Shown here: piece by piece, positions 1-12,366 of the stretch
Layout of the letters: every line of letters starts with the position of its first letter
Position numbering within the stretch: the stretch's first letter is position 1
Source of the DNA: Lepidodermella squamata
Lineage: Eukaryota; Animalia; Gastrotricha
Length of the DNA stretch: 64,000 bases
Assembly: GCA_047495785.1 (NCBI GenBank)
Contig: JBLDXI010000004.1
Coordinates: 248,001 to 312,000 of the forward strand
Direction of reading: 5' to 3'
The notes under the pieces: generated by a model
Told to the model about the DNA's origin: nothing
The model's database searches: none
Seen by the model: the letters and a program-made list of their open reading frames with translations, nothing else
Translations under genes and position numbers: made by a program

Positions 1-1282
1 TTCCTCGTGAAAAACTACCCTAAGGCGTTTCTAGGGGGGGTTTCGACATGAAAAGAAGCGGTTTTGCCGATTTCTTTGAGATTTTTATTTTTATAATCCA
101 ATTAATTGATCAATTCAATAGCCGGAAACCAAATTTTGATTGCGCGATTTCTTCACAACCATTCACCCTGTTTTGATGAAAATTGGGGCTCTAGGATAAC
201 TTTTTACGCTGAACAAGATGATGCGAACCGTTAATTGATAGAGACGATTGGATGAGCGCAAATCGATAATCGATAATCGATAATCAATCAGTTTCCTGTT
301 ATGCTTGCAATTTTCAAATAGCGAATAGATTTTTCTTAACAAAGCATCCTCCTCATCGAACAAAATGCTTAGAAAAAAGAATGCAGTAGAAGAAAAATAG
401 AAATAGGAATGAACGTAAGCAGATTCGCCTCTACACTGTCTTGTCAGAACATCTATCATAGCCGATTAATCGGGCGATTAATTGATGCCAGGAAAGACGA
501 TTTTTGGACGAGCGCCATGATTTAAATTCGATTCGACTTAATCGTGATTTAATCGCGATTAGCCAAAATCGGAGCGCATCACTACTTACCACCAAATTTA
601 GTCGAAATTAAATAAATCAGGCTGAAATCGAACAAATGTTTCGCCCTGTTAGGTTGACTTGTTAGGTTGACCGCCACAAAAAGCCAATATTACTATTTCA
701 TAACTCGGATACAAATTAAAAGTAATTTATTCAATTTATTTAACAGGCACCAAAGTCTGAGATTATTTTGCCTGAAGCGGAAAGGGCTGGTATTATTCTG
801 CTTTTATGTTGTTGTGATCATTCGGATTTTTGAGAACAAACTTTAAATTTAAATTTTTTAAATATTTTTTGCGAAAAATAAAACTTGAATGTTGACAAAG
901 GTCGTAGTGGCGAGTACGCCCATGATTTCGGACACTTAGGTACAATGGCGAATTTGCGCAAATTAAAGCGGCAGTCAACATTTGAGTAAATACCTTTCCG
1001 TTGAAACTAAATAACAACAATGCAGCAAATGATGGTCTAAATTAACGAGGGCCACCATCATATAAAAACGAAGAATTATAAAATTCGGAAAAATAGGATC
1101 TGACCCTGAAATGGACGCCAGGTCGGAAGTATACTCTTTGACACGCGACCATCTGTTGCACAGTTGTTTATCAGGGCTGGGCGCCAAAAAATGAAACCCT
1201 AGTTTTTCACTCGTTACGATTTTTTTCAAATTCACACTGATATTTTTGGATTTTTTCAGCATTATCTTTGCGTTTAAATGAT

Positions 1283-1372
1283 TGTTTATCTCATGGCAAT
1301 AACAACAGCGCGTGCTGTTTTCACATATTTTCAAATGCGTCAGATGGAAGTGAACGCGTGCTTTTGAAAACA
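1283..1372 (+). promoter_or_regulatory. Conserved upstream block of the lectin-family genes
   Basis: TGTTTATCTCATG..CGCGTG..TGTTTTCAC..AATGCGTCA..AACGCGTGCTTTTG recurs about 100-210 nt upstream of the ATG of copies 1, 2 (5805-5888) and 3 (19858-19940). Confidence 0.55.
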
Positions 1373-1491
1373 CTTGAACGCCTGGGCTTGAAATTGACAC
1401 AACGAAATTCACATTTCATACAGTTGTATTTTTCAAATTCAAATAAATTATGGTAAATTGATATATGCTATCATTTTTATTGATAATTAGA

Positions 1492-3084
1492 ATGACTTTA
1501 CCTCAATGCCTTGCTACTGGCGCTTCTGATGCTGGCTTCAATCGATGTTGCTTCAGGCAAGCAGTTGAACTGGGTTCGGTGCTTCTCGCAGCAAAGCAAC
1601 AGATTCACCGCCTGCGTGCCAGCTGCGGATGGATGTGATCCAGTCAAAGAATTTCAGGTTTACCTTTTTCTTTGATATGACATTGCCAGCTTGATATTTT
1701 CACCAACAGTGGGGCCAAATTTTCCGAACCACCGGCGTCTGCAATACTGGGGTCCGTTCATTCATTTTCTCGCATTGTATTGCACTAAGTTTGTTTTGAT
1801 TTCTCTACAGAATGGCCGAATGTGCTACAAATACGCGGCTCTTACTACGTTTTGCGTTCCTGGAAATGTCGGTTGCAACAATCCTGGTGATATGAATGTA
1901 TGCCATAATCCTAATTCATCCTAATGGAAATTTCAACAAATGTCTTAAATTCATGATGGTCAAAGAATTTTAATATAAATAATTTCTAGACGTTTTGGTT
2001 GACGATCAGACGCAGGCTTTGAGCTTGAAGTACAACCTTAACGAATGTGAGAAACTACGACCTGTTTTTGATGTGAGAAATTCGAAAAACGCCTCGGCGG
2101 ATTGTACCTGCTGTTTTTCCGTTTCAGAAATTGACATTCCTGCGGTGCACTTCTGGCGGCACCACGAAAACCTGTGTTCCGGACCCGTACACTTGCCCTG
2201 AAAACTGGGCAAGTTTCATTTTTTGTATTTTTTTCGTTTTTTTTTAAATTCGTTAAATTCCAAAATTCTAATTGATGAATATTTTAAATTCGAAATTTCA
2301 AGTTTTTTTAACTTTGAAATTTCATCTCTGAGAACGATAACTAATCAAAATATTTTTATAAAAAATGTATTTCTATACTCATCAGATTGTAATTTATTCT
2401 GTTCTATAATTTCTGTGCTTTACCCACGTAGGTCACTGAGCCAACGCTGTTCCCGAATTTAGCGTCTTGCATTAACAATTCCGTAATATCGACATCTGTG
2501 AGTAACTTTGGGAAATAGTTTTCTTCCTCTGTAATTTCAAATCACCTGCGAAATTTCTGTTTCTGTAGTCCAGCTTTTACCGCTGCGTCGACAACAGTGA
2601 TGGGGCCGTTCATTGCGTACCCCAGTCGACTGGCTGCAATGCGGCAACTCAGCTTCGAATTCCGGCTAATACCACCTACTTGGACGAGAACAGCTGCAAA
2701 AATGTGACAAAGAAATTCATTGCCTTGAACACGTTAGACACGTGGAAAATGGCCCCTTCGAGCTGCATCGAAGCCAATGCGACGCTGGCAACGATTAGGT
2801 CAGACGAGGAGCTTGCAAGAGCTAAACAAACGTTGAGTGCGGTCAATGCTCGTGATACGTGGATCGCTCTCAGCAAACAAAGCGGCGTGATCAAATGGGG
2901 CGATGGTTCCGATTTCAATTATGTCCAATCGCAATGGTTTCCTTCCGATAATGCTAACGATCGCATCTTCATATTAAAGTTTCTTACTACGCAAGATAGT
3001 GCTGTCACAGTCGACGGCTATTACTATACTGGAATCACTTCGGATTCTTTAACGGACCATACCTTATGCGAAACATTTGCGTAA
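1492..3084 (+). pseudogene. Cys-module/CTLD secreted protein, copy 1 (4 modules + CTLD), frameshifted
   Basis: Exons 1492-1657, 1710-1751, 1811-1897, 1990-2072, 2128-2208, 2432-2497, 2569-3084, collinear with copy 2. A 2-nt deletion just after the ATG and a 1-nt deletion in exon 4 (TGGTT-GAC, 83 vs 84 nt) break the frame. Confidence 0.8.
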
Positions 3085-3820
3085 CATGATTGAGCCTGTA
3101 ATCTGAGCTCGCAAGAAGAGATGGATGACGTAATTCGCCAGATTTGATGTGAGAAGATTTTATGAAGTAAAACAGCATTAGTGAAGACGGGGCTTTTTGA
3201 GCCAGGATGTCATGATATCCACGCTGATTCATGGCTCGAAATTTTGCCAGCATTCACATTCACCCTTATTTTCCTTTTTTCAGGTGCGAAAGTTGCGAAA
3301 ATACTGAAAGTCACGGAAATGCCTCCATTTTACTTTTCCGAAATCACGGCGTGAGGGATCAGCCTTGTTGAACATGACTCGGGCTTGGATCCCGTTGCTG
3401 TGCGGATTTTTCACTTTCACCCATCATCACACGTCTGCCTTGATTATTTATGTTTTGAAGTTTTCCCTGCCAGAAAATCGATTTAAATTTATCAGGATTA
3501 TTAGTCAAGTTATATATATATATATCGAGCCCTAGTTGTGGGAGTCGATTGGATTTCATTCTCTCATTCTCTCATTCTCTTCATTGGGACAGGAATAGCA
3601 AGAAACAGGCTACCACTCATTCACCGTTGTTCATTATACTTCGATACGAGATCTGACGTGGAAAAATTGGCGTGATGAGCCGATGCGGTGGTTCGACTGT
3701 GCGGCGGCCTATAGCCTGAGAATATCATAGCAGGAATTTTAAACGGCGCCCTTTCACATTCAAACCCTCACCCTCTCAAATCGTCGTATAGCATTTTCAA
3801 CAATCATGGCATAGCATCAA

Positions 3821-4388
3821 ATGACGTCGGGCAACAACATTGCCAGCCTTGACCCTACCCATATGAATGCCGTCGGCTACATGCACCCGGTCGACGAATC
3901 CAACGGCGATCTATACTATCCAGCTGTCGAGTACGACCCTCGTCATCTGCCAGCGTTTTTCGTCGTAACTCCCGAACACAACAAACTTCTTGCTAGGAAG
4001 TTGGTGCTGGTTTTCGAGTTCATCATGTTGACTTACTGCTGGGCTGACTATTTCGTCTATGACAAACCAGAGGACATTTTCAGGACATCAGGTGAGACGT
4101 GAGACATTATTTTTTTCCTTTTTTAGCCTAGCCTAGTAGTGCGCGCCAACTTCGTCTAAACTTGAATAATATGTTTTTACCAAATTAAAAAATTACTACT
4201 TTACCTGATATTTGCTATTCGCTGTGGCTCTGCCTACATTTCACAATTCCATTAAATTTATTTCTAGAAATGACGAAGACGAGACGCTGGCATCGATTGC
4301 CGCCAAACAGCTGCCTGAAAGTGCCACGACAACCGCCGATCCAGTCCAACCAGTCAACACCGCGAAAGCGGCTTGGGACTTAAAGTAG
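3821..4388 (+). other. Possible small two-exon ORF of unknown function
   Basis: GC-richer open frame 3821-4091 ending at G|GTGAGA, and a downstream TTTCTAG acceptor at 4267 followed by coding-like sequence. No recognisable domain. Confidence 0.25.
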
Positions 4389-5985
4389 ATGGGCCCGACA
4401 CTCCTCAAAATTGTTCGGATTGCAAACAATTACGCTACCAACGTGCTATTTTTTGCTCGCGAAAAAAATGAATGAATTTTCCTTACTTTTTCAGCACAAC
4501 ACAGCCATCGCCCATTATAAGGCAAAAAATAGCTGTGCTAATTGCATTTTTCCTAAATTACTTTCAAGATAATCTAAATGGTGAATTGGGAATTAGATAT
4601 TTGAAGTCCTAATGTGACGACGCGTGTATTGATCTAAAATTTTCAAGTTTTCCCGCTGATATTCGCTTTATTTTTGGATAATTAAGAAATGCAATGGCTA
4701 TTTTGGAAGAGATCTTTTTAACATTACTATCAATTTATTTCAATCAATTTCTTGGGCTTTTTCTTTAATAGGCCAGCTTTATGAGATGGTCATTGTGGCC
4801 TGTCAAGCAAAAACACAGACTAATATCAGACATACCTTAGTGGTATTTTGCAAATCGGGCTATACTCGGCAGTACCCTTAATGCTTTCAAGCGTACAGCT
4901 GCTACATTTCCGCGAATTTCTGCCGTATTTCAGCTTTATTCAGTGCGATTTGTGAAAATAACCAATAAGTACCTAAATTTACTGATAAATATCAAATCGA
5001 ATTTTAGTTGAAAATAATAATTTAGGCTAAATCCCGGTCGCCCTTACGGGATTTTCAGAATTCCAAGTGTTATTTCAAGTTAAAAATAATTTGACAATTG
5101 GCTTAAAACTTAAAAATTAAAAAATGCTTTGAAAAAATAATCTAGATAGCACTGAACATTAAATTTCATTTACATGGCTAAAATATAAATAAATGAATAG
5201 TAAAGACAGCGCGTGAAGCCTGAAAGCAGATGAATCATAAACCGGTGAATTATTTCATAAAGCAATTTGAGAAACTGATGAGCCGATTTGAATCAAACAT
5301 TTTATATGACTACAATCGTTATAACCTGAGCTTTCCAAATATGTTTGAAAAAGATCAGGCGCTCTAATCATTGAATAATAAAATGTTGTTATTCTTCCAG
5401 CATTTTTTAACAAATTAACATTTTTTAATTCATTTATTTCAGCGAATATTTGTGATACCGCCATTCATTTACTGCTTCAAAATCTCATGGCAAAACTGGC
5501 TTTGCGCAAAAAAGTCGGCTTATGGGAGTCAGAGCTGGCTGGCTGGTAAATTCGGCTTTCAAAAAAGCGTCAAAGACACACACGTTACGTGTTATATTAT
5601 TTTTATTTTTATTCAGGAAAAATTTGATGTGAACCTGAATTGGACGAGACGTCGGAAGTGGTCTCTCGGGCACGCGACCAGCTAGTTGTTGCGCAGTTTT
5701 TTATCAGGGCTAATCGCCAAAAAATGTTGCCCAGTTTTTTACTCATTCACATTCGATATTTGTTACAATTTTGTCAAATTGACACAATTTTGAAGTAAAA
5801 ATAGTTGTTTATCTCATGGATAAAACAGCGCGTGTTGTTTTCACACATTTTTAAATGCGTCAGGATTGAATAAAACGCGTGCTTTTGCAATCAGTCAATT
5901 GCCGGCGCGAATGAAATTCACATTTCATCCATTTTTATTCTACATGGCGTTGGAAATTTAGTATCTCAATGTTAGTTTTAATAAA

Positions 5986-7630
5986 ATGACTCCTCATCTC
6001 AAACCCATGCTAATGTCGCTTCTTATGCTGGCTTCGAGCGACATGGCTTGGGGCAAGCAGCAGTTGAACTGGGTTCGATGCTTCTCACAGCAAAGCAACA
6101 AATTCACCAGCTGCGTTCCAGCTTCGGATGGTTGCGATCCACTCAAAGAATTTCAGGTTCGCCTTTTTTAAAATGGTATTAAAGCTTGCCAACTGAATCT
6201 TTTTACTAACAGTGGGGCTCAGTTTTCCGAACCACCGGCGTCTGCAACACTGGGGTCTGTTTTATAAATGTTCTCAAAAGTCTTGTTTCAAGTGTGCTCC
6301 GTTTTGTCTGTAGAATGCTCGAATGTGCTACAAATTCGCGGCTCTGAGCCCGTTTTGCGTTCCTGGAAATGTCGGTTGCAACAATCCTGGTGATATGAAT
6401 GTATGCCATAATCCTAATTCAACTCAATGAAAATTCTGAAATTCGCGATAATCTCTCGAAATAATTTTAATATGAACAATTTTTCAGACATTCTGGTTCG
6501 ACGATCAGACGCAGGCTTTGAGCTTGAAATTCAACCTCAACGAATGTGAGAAGCAGCGAGCTGTTTTCGATGTGAGAAATTTTAAACTGCCTCAGAAATG
6601 TATAACAGTGTCTTGCTGTTTCAGAAATTGCAATTCCGGCGATGCACTTCTGGCGGCACCACGAAAACCTGTGTTCCAGACCCGTACACTTGCCCTGAAA
6701 ACTGGGCAAGTTGTTTTTTTACATATTTTGCCAATTGATTAACTTTTAACAGATAATTTCAAATTATTAAACTCAAAAAAGTGTGTATATTATTTTTTAT
6801 TCTGAGAATGTAAGATTCAGGCGAGGTTTCGGGAAATTTAGGAATTTCTAGAGTTCGAACTTCGTCCTAACGTTTCGTCGGATGCGTTCACCTCACGGAA
6901 CGATAATTAATTGGAAATTTTGTTAATAGCAATTTATTTTCCTTACTTATTGCATTCGTAACGTCTCTGTCACGTAGGTCACTGAGCCAACGCTGTACCC
7001 GAAGTTAGCATCTTGCATTAACAATTCCGTAATATCGACATCTGTGAGTAACTTTGGGAAATAGTTTTCTTCCTCTGTAATTTCAAATCACCTGCGAAAT
7101 TTCTGTTTCTGTAGTCCAGCTTTTACCGCTGCATCGACAACAGTGATGGGGCCGTTCATTGCGTACCCCAGTCGACTGGCTGCAATGCGGCAACTCAGCT
7201 TCGAATTCCGGCTAATACCACCTACTTGGACGAGAACAGCTGCAAAAATGTGACAAAGAAATTCATAGCCTTGGAGCTGTCAGTCACCAGGGCCACCGCC
7301 CCATCGAGCTGCATCGAAGCCAATGCGACGCTGGCAACGATTAGGTCAGACGAGGAGCTTGCAAGAGCTAAACAAACGTTGAGTGCGGTCAACGCTCTAG
7401 GTGTGTGGATTGCTCTCAACCAAAAAAGCGGCGCGATCAAATGGGACGATGGTTCTGATTTCAATTATGTCCAATCGCAATGGTCCCCCACCGATAATTT
7501 TGTAAATGGCTGCTTCATGTTAGAGTTTCTCACTACGCAAAATAGTGTAGTCACAGTCAACGGCTATTACTATATTACAGTCGGTTGTGATGGTTATTCG
7601 GACTATGTCTTATGCGAAAAGTTATCGTAA
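5986..7630 (+). CDS. Secreted Cys-module/CTLD protein, copy 2 (348 aa; 4 modules + CTLD)
   Basis: Exons 5986-6156, 6213-6254, 6314-6400, 6488-6571, 6625-6705, 6978-7043, 7115-7630 splice in frame, all introns phase 0 (intron 5 is GC-AG). Signal peptide; CTLD motifs C..ATLATI, WIAL, KWDDGS, terminal LCE. Confidence 0.88.
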
Positions 7631-7848
7631 CATCCTTGGGCCTCTAATCTGAGCTCGCAAGAAGAGATGGATGAAATAATTCTCAAGAGAAGGTTTGATG
7701 AAGTAAAAAAGCATTAGTATAGCGCTGAATGAGGCTTTTTTTTAGTCAGTACATCTTTGGTTCGTCAGTGCATCGCTGATTCAAACTCACGAACATATTG
7801 TTGCTGTATTATGTATTTGCCGAAATAACTAGTGATTCAAACCATGTA

Positions 7849-8200
7849 TATGCTCATTTCCGGGCCCATCCTAGTTTCATCCGGCGCGCGCGCGTCGGTC
7901 GCGCAATTGGAGGGTAGAAGTGGACTTGGCGCAAAACGAAAGTCGAAGAAAGTCGAAATATCGATAAATTTCAACGCCGCGGGCGCTGATTTCAGAGGGC
8001 TACTTTTGAATAGAGAATTGCCTCAACATTTTGGCCAAAAACCGCCCAACAAATATAAACTAGTATTCTGACATTAGCGCGCGCGGCTCAGTACTTGGTA
8101 ACAAATTCGACTTAGTGTTTTGAAACTGAGTCCACCTTTACCCTCCAATTAATTGACCCTCCGCGCCGGACGAAACTACGACAGACCCGAAATTGAGCAC
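7849..8200. mobile_element. Small inverted-repeat (MITE-like) element
   Basis: TGCTCATTTCCGGG..GTTTCATCCGGCGCG at left is the imperfect reverse complement of CGCGCCGGACGAAAC..CCCGAAATTGAGCA at right. Confidence 0.5.
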
Positions 8201-9160
8201 AACATATTAACAAATGCTAACTCATCCTAGCGGTGAATTTCACCGGCAAGGAAGCGTAATTTAGGGTATTTTCCGGTTTTGGGTGTAGCACAGGCGAGCA
8301 CATTAAAGCGTGGCGAGCAGTACCTCGGATTGAAGCCGCTACTCTGCGTCCACTTCCATTCCCATAGCACTACCAGTCTATGATTGATCCTAAAAACGAA
8401 CTTGAGTCACCCAGCACTACACACTTCACTTAGCTGCTTGTCTTGGCACACATTTTCAGATAGGGTTGAGTCATGGTGTCGAAAAAAACAGCACCTACTC
8501 CGTACCACGCCGTAGTGCGACCATAGCAACACCGTACTTTTTGAATAGCACTAATAGCAGCTAAGCGCAGATAGCATTTTCCGATAGCACATTCAGAATG
8601 CATTTTTAGGATGAATTTGACTAGTATAGCATGACAAATACTCCTTTAAACACAGCTTAGCTAAGGAGCGAGTATGGCTCTTGGAGAAAACCTCAAAATT
8701 AGCTCGATTGAGGTCTATGGGTGCCTAGTACCTTGCTTTTAGGTTGCTGTGAAAATTATTCAAATATGTTGATAATTTTCCCCGAGAAAAAGGAGTGAGA
8801 AAATGTTTGAAAAAATCAAATTTGAAATTTGAAAAGTATAAATTGCGGATGAGAATATAAGAAATTGTGTTTTTAGTGTCATATTTTAGGAAGAATTGTC
8901 TCACATTAACATTAGGCCATTAAGTTTAAAAATTGTGGATATTAGGACTACAACACCCTAATACTCGGAATCGCTCGAGAATCATGAAAAATACCTCGAG
9001 CCTATCGACATTTTCAGATTTTTGAATTTGCTGAAGAATTTTCCGTACTGCAATGTAGAAGATATGGTGGCTTGAAACTGCCGCAGTGACGCGATTCGTT
9101 GCAGAATTCAATTTAGAAGGATTTTGTAAACATTAAAGAATTTTTTTAATCACGAAATGG

Positions 9161-10550
9161 ATTTATTATTTATTTATTTATAAGCTTTAACGCCCAGAAG
9201 AGGGCAGCTTGACAAGAGGTAATTTGAAAGTGAAACATGTAATTGCAGGACAGTTTACAGATGAATAGGACATTGACAAATGATAACAAAAATTGCTTTT
9301 TACGAGTGCAGATAGTGTAGTAGTGATGTAACAACAATTTTTAGGCAACAGCAATTGTTGACAAGCTGGATAGCTTTATAAAAATATAAGATACATACAA
9401 GAAAAAATCAAGGCTAATTTATATTCAATTTCAATTTGCCGGCATTATTGGAATAACAATACTGATAAACAGCTTCACGACATTCCTGCGCTGATTCTGC
9501 TTGATGTGCTGCCGTCGGAAGCTGGTTCCCCCAATCAGGCCCGCGGTAGCCTAAACTGAGTGCACCGCGCTCTTTGCGTTCTGTTGGCTTCATCATTGGC
9601 TCAAAGTGACGAAAGCCGTACGCGCTGGCTTCGTTCAATTGGAATAGTGTTTGCAACATTGATGGCGCTTGTTGATGTAGACAGTTCCAGATGAATGTAG
9701 CAAGGTGGATCGCGTGTTTTTGATTCACGTCGACCCAACCTAGACGGCGTCTTAATGGTTCGGGATCAGCCAAGGGATGTGCACCGCAAATGACACGAAT
9801 GGCCCGATCTTGAGTTGATTGCAATTTGGCTAGCGAACTCGGCGCTGCCTGACCCAGCGTGATGTCACCGTAATTCAAATGACTAAACACAAGCCCGTTA
9901 GCCATCATAATCGCCGTCTTTCTATCGACAAACTTGACGGCCAAGCGAAGGGCGTAGAGCCCTCTTCTCGCCTTGCTCTTGGCACTCCTTATTTGTTTCT
10001 TGAAGGTGAGTTTGTCGTCGATGATAAACCCGAGAGTTATCATTTCATTTGACGGTTGGACAACCGCATCGCCGATAGTGATAGCGAAGTTTGGAGCCGA
10101 AGGAACGGCGCACTTGAGTATCATAAATTGAGACTTCTTACCATTGACAAGTAGAGAATTGTTTGCCAACCACTTGCAGACCCGGTTCATTTCATTTTGT
10201 AGGACGGAGCGTAATTCATTGATATTACGGCTTGCAAAGTAGATCGTGATGTCGTCGGCGTATTGTTTTATTTTGCAATGCGTAACAACCGACGGTAGCT
10301 CGTTTACGTAAACAGTGAACATCAATGGGCCGAGAACGGATCCCTGCGGCACTCCATGATGTATTGGTTCAAAGGATGAAAGTTCGCAATTGACCTTTGT
10401 AGCCTGTCTTCGATTGCCCAGATAACTCCGCAAAAGTCGAATCGCTGGTTCCGTCAGGCCTGCACTTCGGAACGATTCAAGAATACCCTCGTGATTGAGA
10501 GTATCGAAAGCTTTCGAAAGATCAATCGACATTGCTCCAACAATCTTACT
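9161..10550 (-). mobile_element. 5'-truncated non-LTR retrotransposon (CR1/L2-like RT)
   Basis: ORF 9414-10532 has IDLSKAFD, GVPQGSVLGP and YADD motifs; (TAAA)n-like tail near 9161-9181. Confidence 0.9.
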
Positions 10551-11411
10551 TTTCTATCATTCACCAGCAGGGGAATTGTTTAGATCACGTGCCAGCCGAC
10601 GATGTGATCGCGAAATTGTGATTACTTTACACCGCAAAATTTGAGTTTTAAACCGCCCTGAGTGGTTAACAGCGCCCGCAAAAACTTCTCACTAAAATAA
10701 AAACAGCGCTCGTTTGAGTTAAAGTAAAAATGATGACGCAACAACCGACGTAATTAACATCGATAATTACGAAGTAGCTCGTGTGAATGCGACGTACGAT
10801 ACACTACATCATACTGACCTCATTCAAAGCTGAGACAATCAATTATCGGCTATTCAGGCGTTTTGTTTTTTTTTTCTTCAAATCTGTTTCGCATATTCTT
10901 TGATTTTTCACGTTCAGCACGCTTTGAAGGCTTTGAAGGCTTTGAAATACTATTTCACATTGCTGAAGCGTTACGAAAAATCTACTTTTTTGTCGTAATT
11001 CTAAAAAAGATGTAACGAAAATACTAATTTTACTGTGTGTAATAGCAATTATTTTCCTTTGTATCAATTTTTACTCCCGAAATTTGGCTGCTGAGACAAG
11101 CCGGGGTTGAATTTAGAACTGAAATATGGCTGAAATTTTCAGCAAAATTCAGCTTTAACGTTTTTGAGGCCTTTTCGACTTTTTCAAGCCCATTTTGTGA
11201 CTTTTAGCGATTGAAAAAAAACTAATTTCTGGTAGGACATAGCGGTCCTGGTAGCGCAAGCGTCTAATTTTAGAAAATGTTCTACTCTAGACTCTAGACT
11301 CTAAAATCCCTAATATTGAATATTGATGTGAAATAATTCTAAAAACAAATTTTGAAATTAAATTCTTGCCAATTAATTCATCTGCCTAATAATTTAGTAA
11401 TTCCAAATAAT

Positions 11412-11985
11412 CGTACTCCGACAACTGAGATCACGACAACTGAGATCCGACAACTGAGACCGGACAACCGAGACCAAAATATAAATAAATAATTTTATTT
11501 TCGCTAACCGAGACACCGACAACCGAGACCAAATAATTCGATTTAATAATTAATTAAATCTCGGACAACCGAGACTCCGACAACCGAGACACCGACAACT
11601 GAGACCAATTAATTAAAATAAATTTTATTTACAAAGGAATGGCTGTTCTTACATATAATTTACATTTTGGGGTTAGGGTTAGGGTTAGGGTTAGGGTTGG
11701 GTTGGGTTGGGGGTCTCAATATGCTGAATATGCTGAATATTCGGCTTCAAGTTAGGCTTCAATTAAAAATTAAATTTATTTTAATTAATTGGTCTCAGTT
11801 GTCGGCGTCTCGGTTGTCGGAGTCTCGGTTGTCCGAGATTTAATTAATTATTAAATCGAATTATTTGGTCTCGGTTGTCAGTGTCTCGGTTAGCGAAAAT
11901 AAAATTATTTATTTATATTTTGGTCTCGGTTGTCCGGTCTCAGTTGTCGTTTTCTCGGTTGTCGGGTCTCAGTTGTCGTAGAACC
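11412..11985. mobile_element. Palindromic MITE with internal TTAGGG repeats
   Basis: ~220-nt near-perfect inverted arms built from GACAAC(T/C)GAGA units; (TTAGGG)4 near 11673-11697; 8-9 bp TSD (C)CAAATAAT on both sides. Confidence 0.85.
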
Positions 11986-12366
11986 CAAATAATAATTTTC
12001 AATTAATTTATAAAATTCTTCTGAACCATCAACTTTTGGGTTCCTTTATACCAATTTGTTGCCATTCATTGTTTAAATTTAATGGTTGGGAATCTTCATG
12101 ACTAAATCCATTTTGTTCAAGGTCTTTCACCCAGTTATAGTAGCTCAAAAAATGGGTCCAAAGGTCACTCGCAAAACATGCGTCAAGCTTGGGCCTGTTG
12201 TGTAGAATTTCTAGAAAATCAGGGTGAGCTCAAAAATTAAAGAAATAACACAGGTAGCAGTGGAATACACATATGAAGCCCTAGGATTTTTACCTGGAAT
12301 TTTCCGAGCTCACCTTGATTATCAACAAATTTTGGAATAATTGCCTGACAATCGAACGCGCCCTTA

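Noticed and set aside
163-1456. Short ORFs here and the many similar 60-145 aa ORFs across the window
   Set aside because: AT-rich, motif-free, or antisense/alternate-frame shadows of real exons and repeats.
7226-10532. RT next to variable C-type-lectin domains as a diversity-generating retroelement
   Set aside because: Both RTs are truncated LINE-type (one with TSD and poly(A)). I saw no template/variable repeat pair and the differences are not adenine-specific.
11673-11712. True telomere
   Set aside because: Only four repeats, internal to a TSD-flanked element.
11419-11980. GACAAC(T/C)GAGA repeats as a CRISPR array
   Set aside because: Units are ~14 nt, lack unique spacers and are mirrored as MITE arms in eukaryotic DNA.
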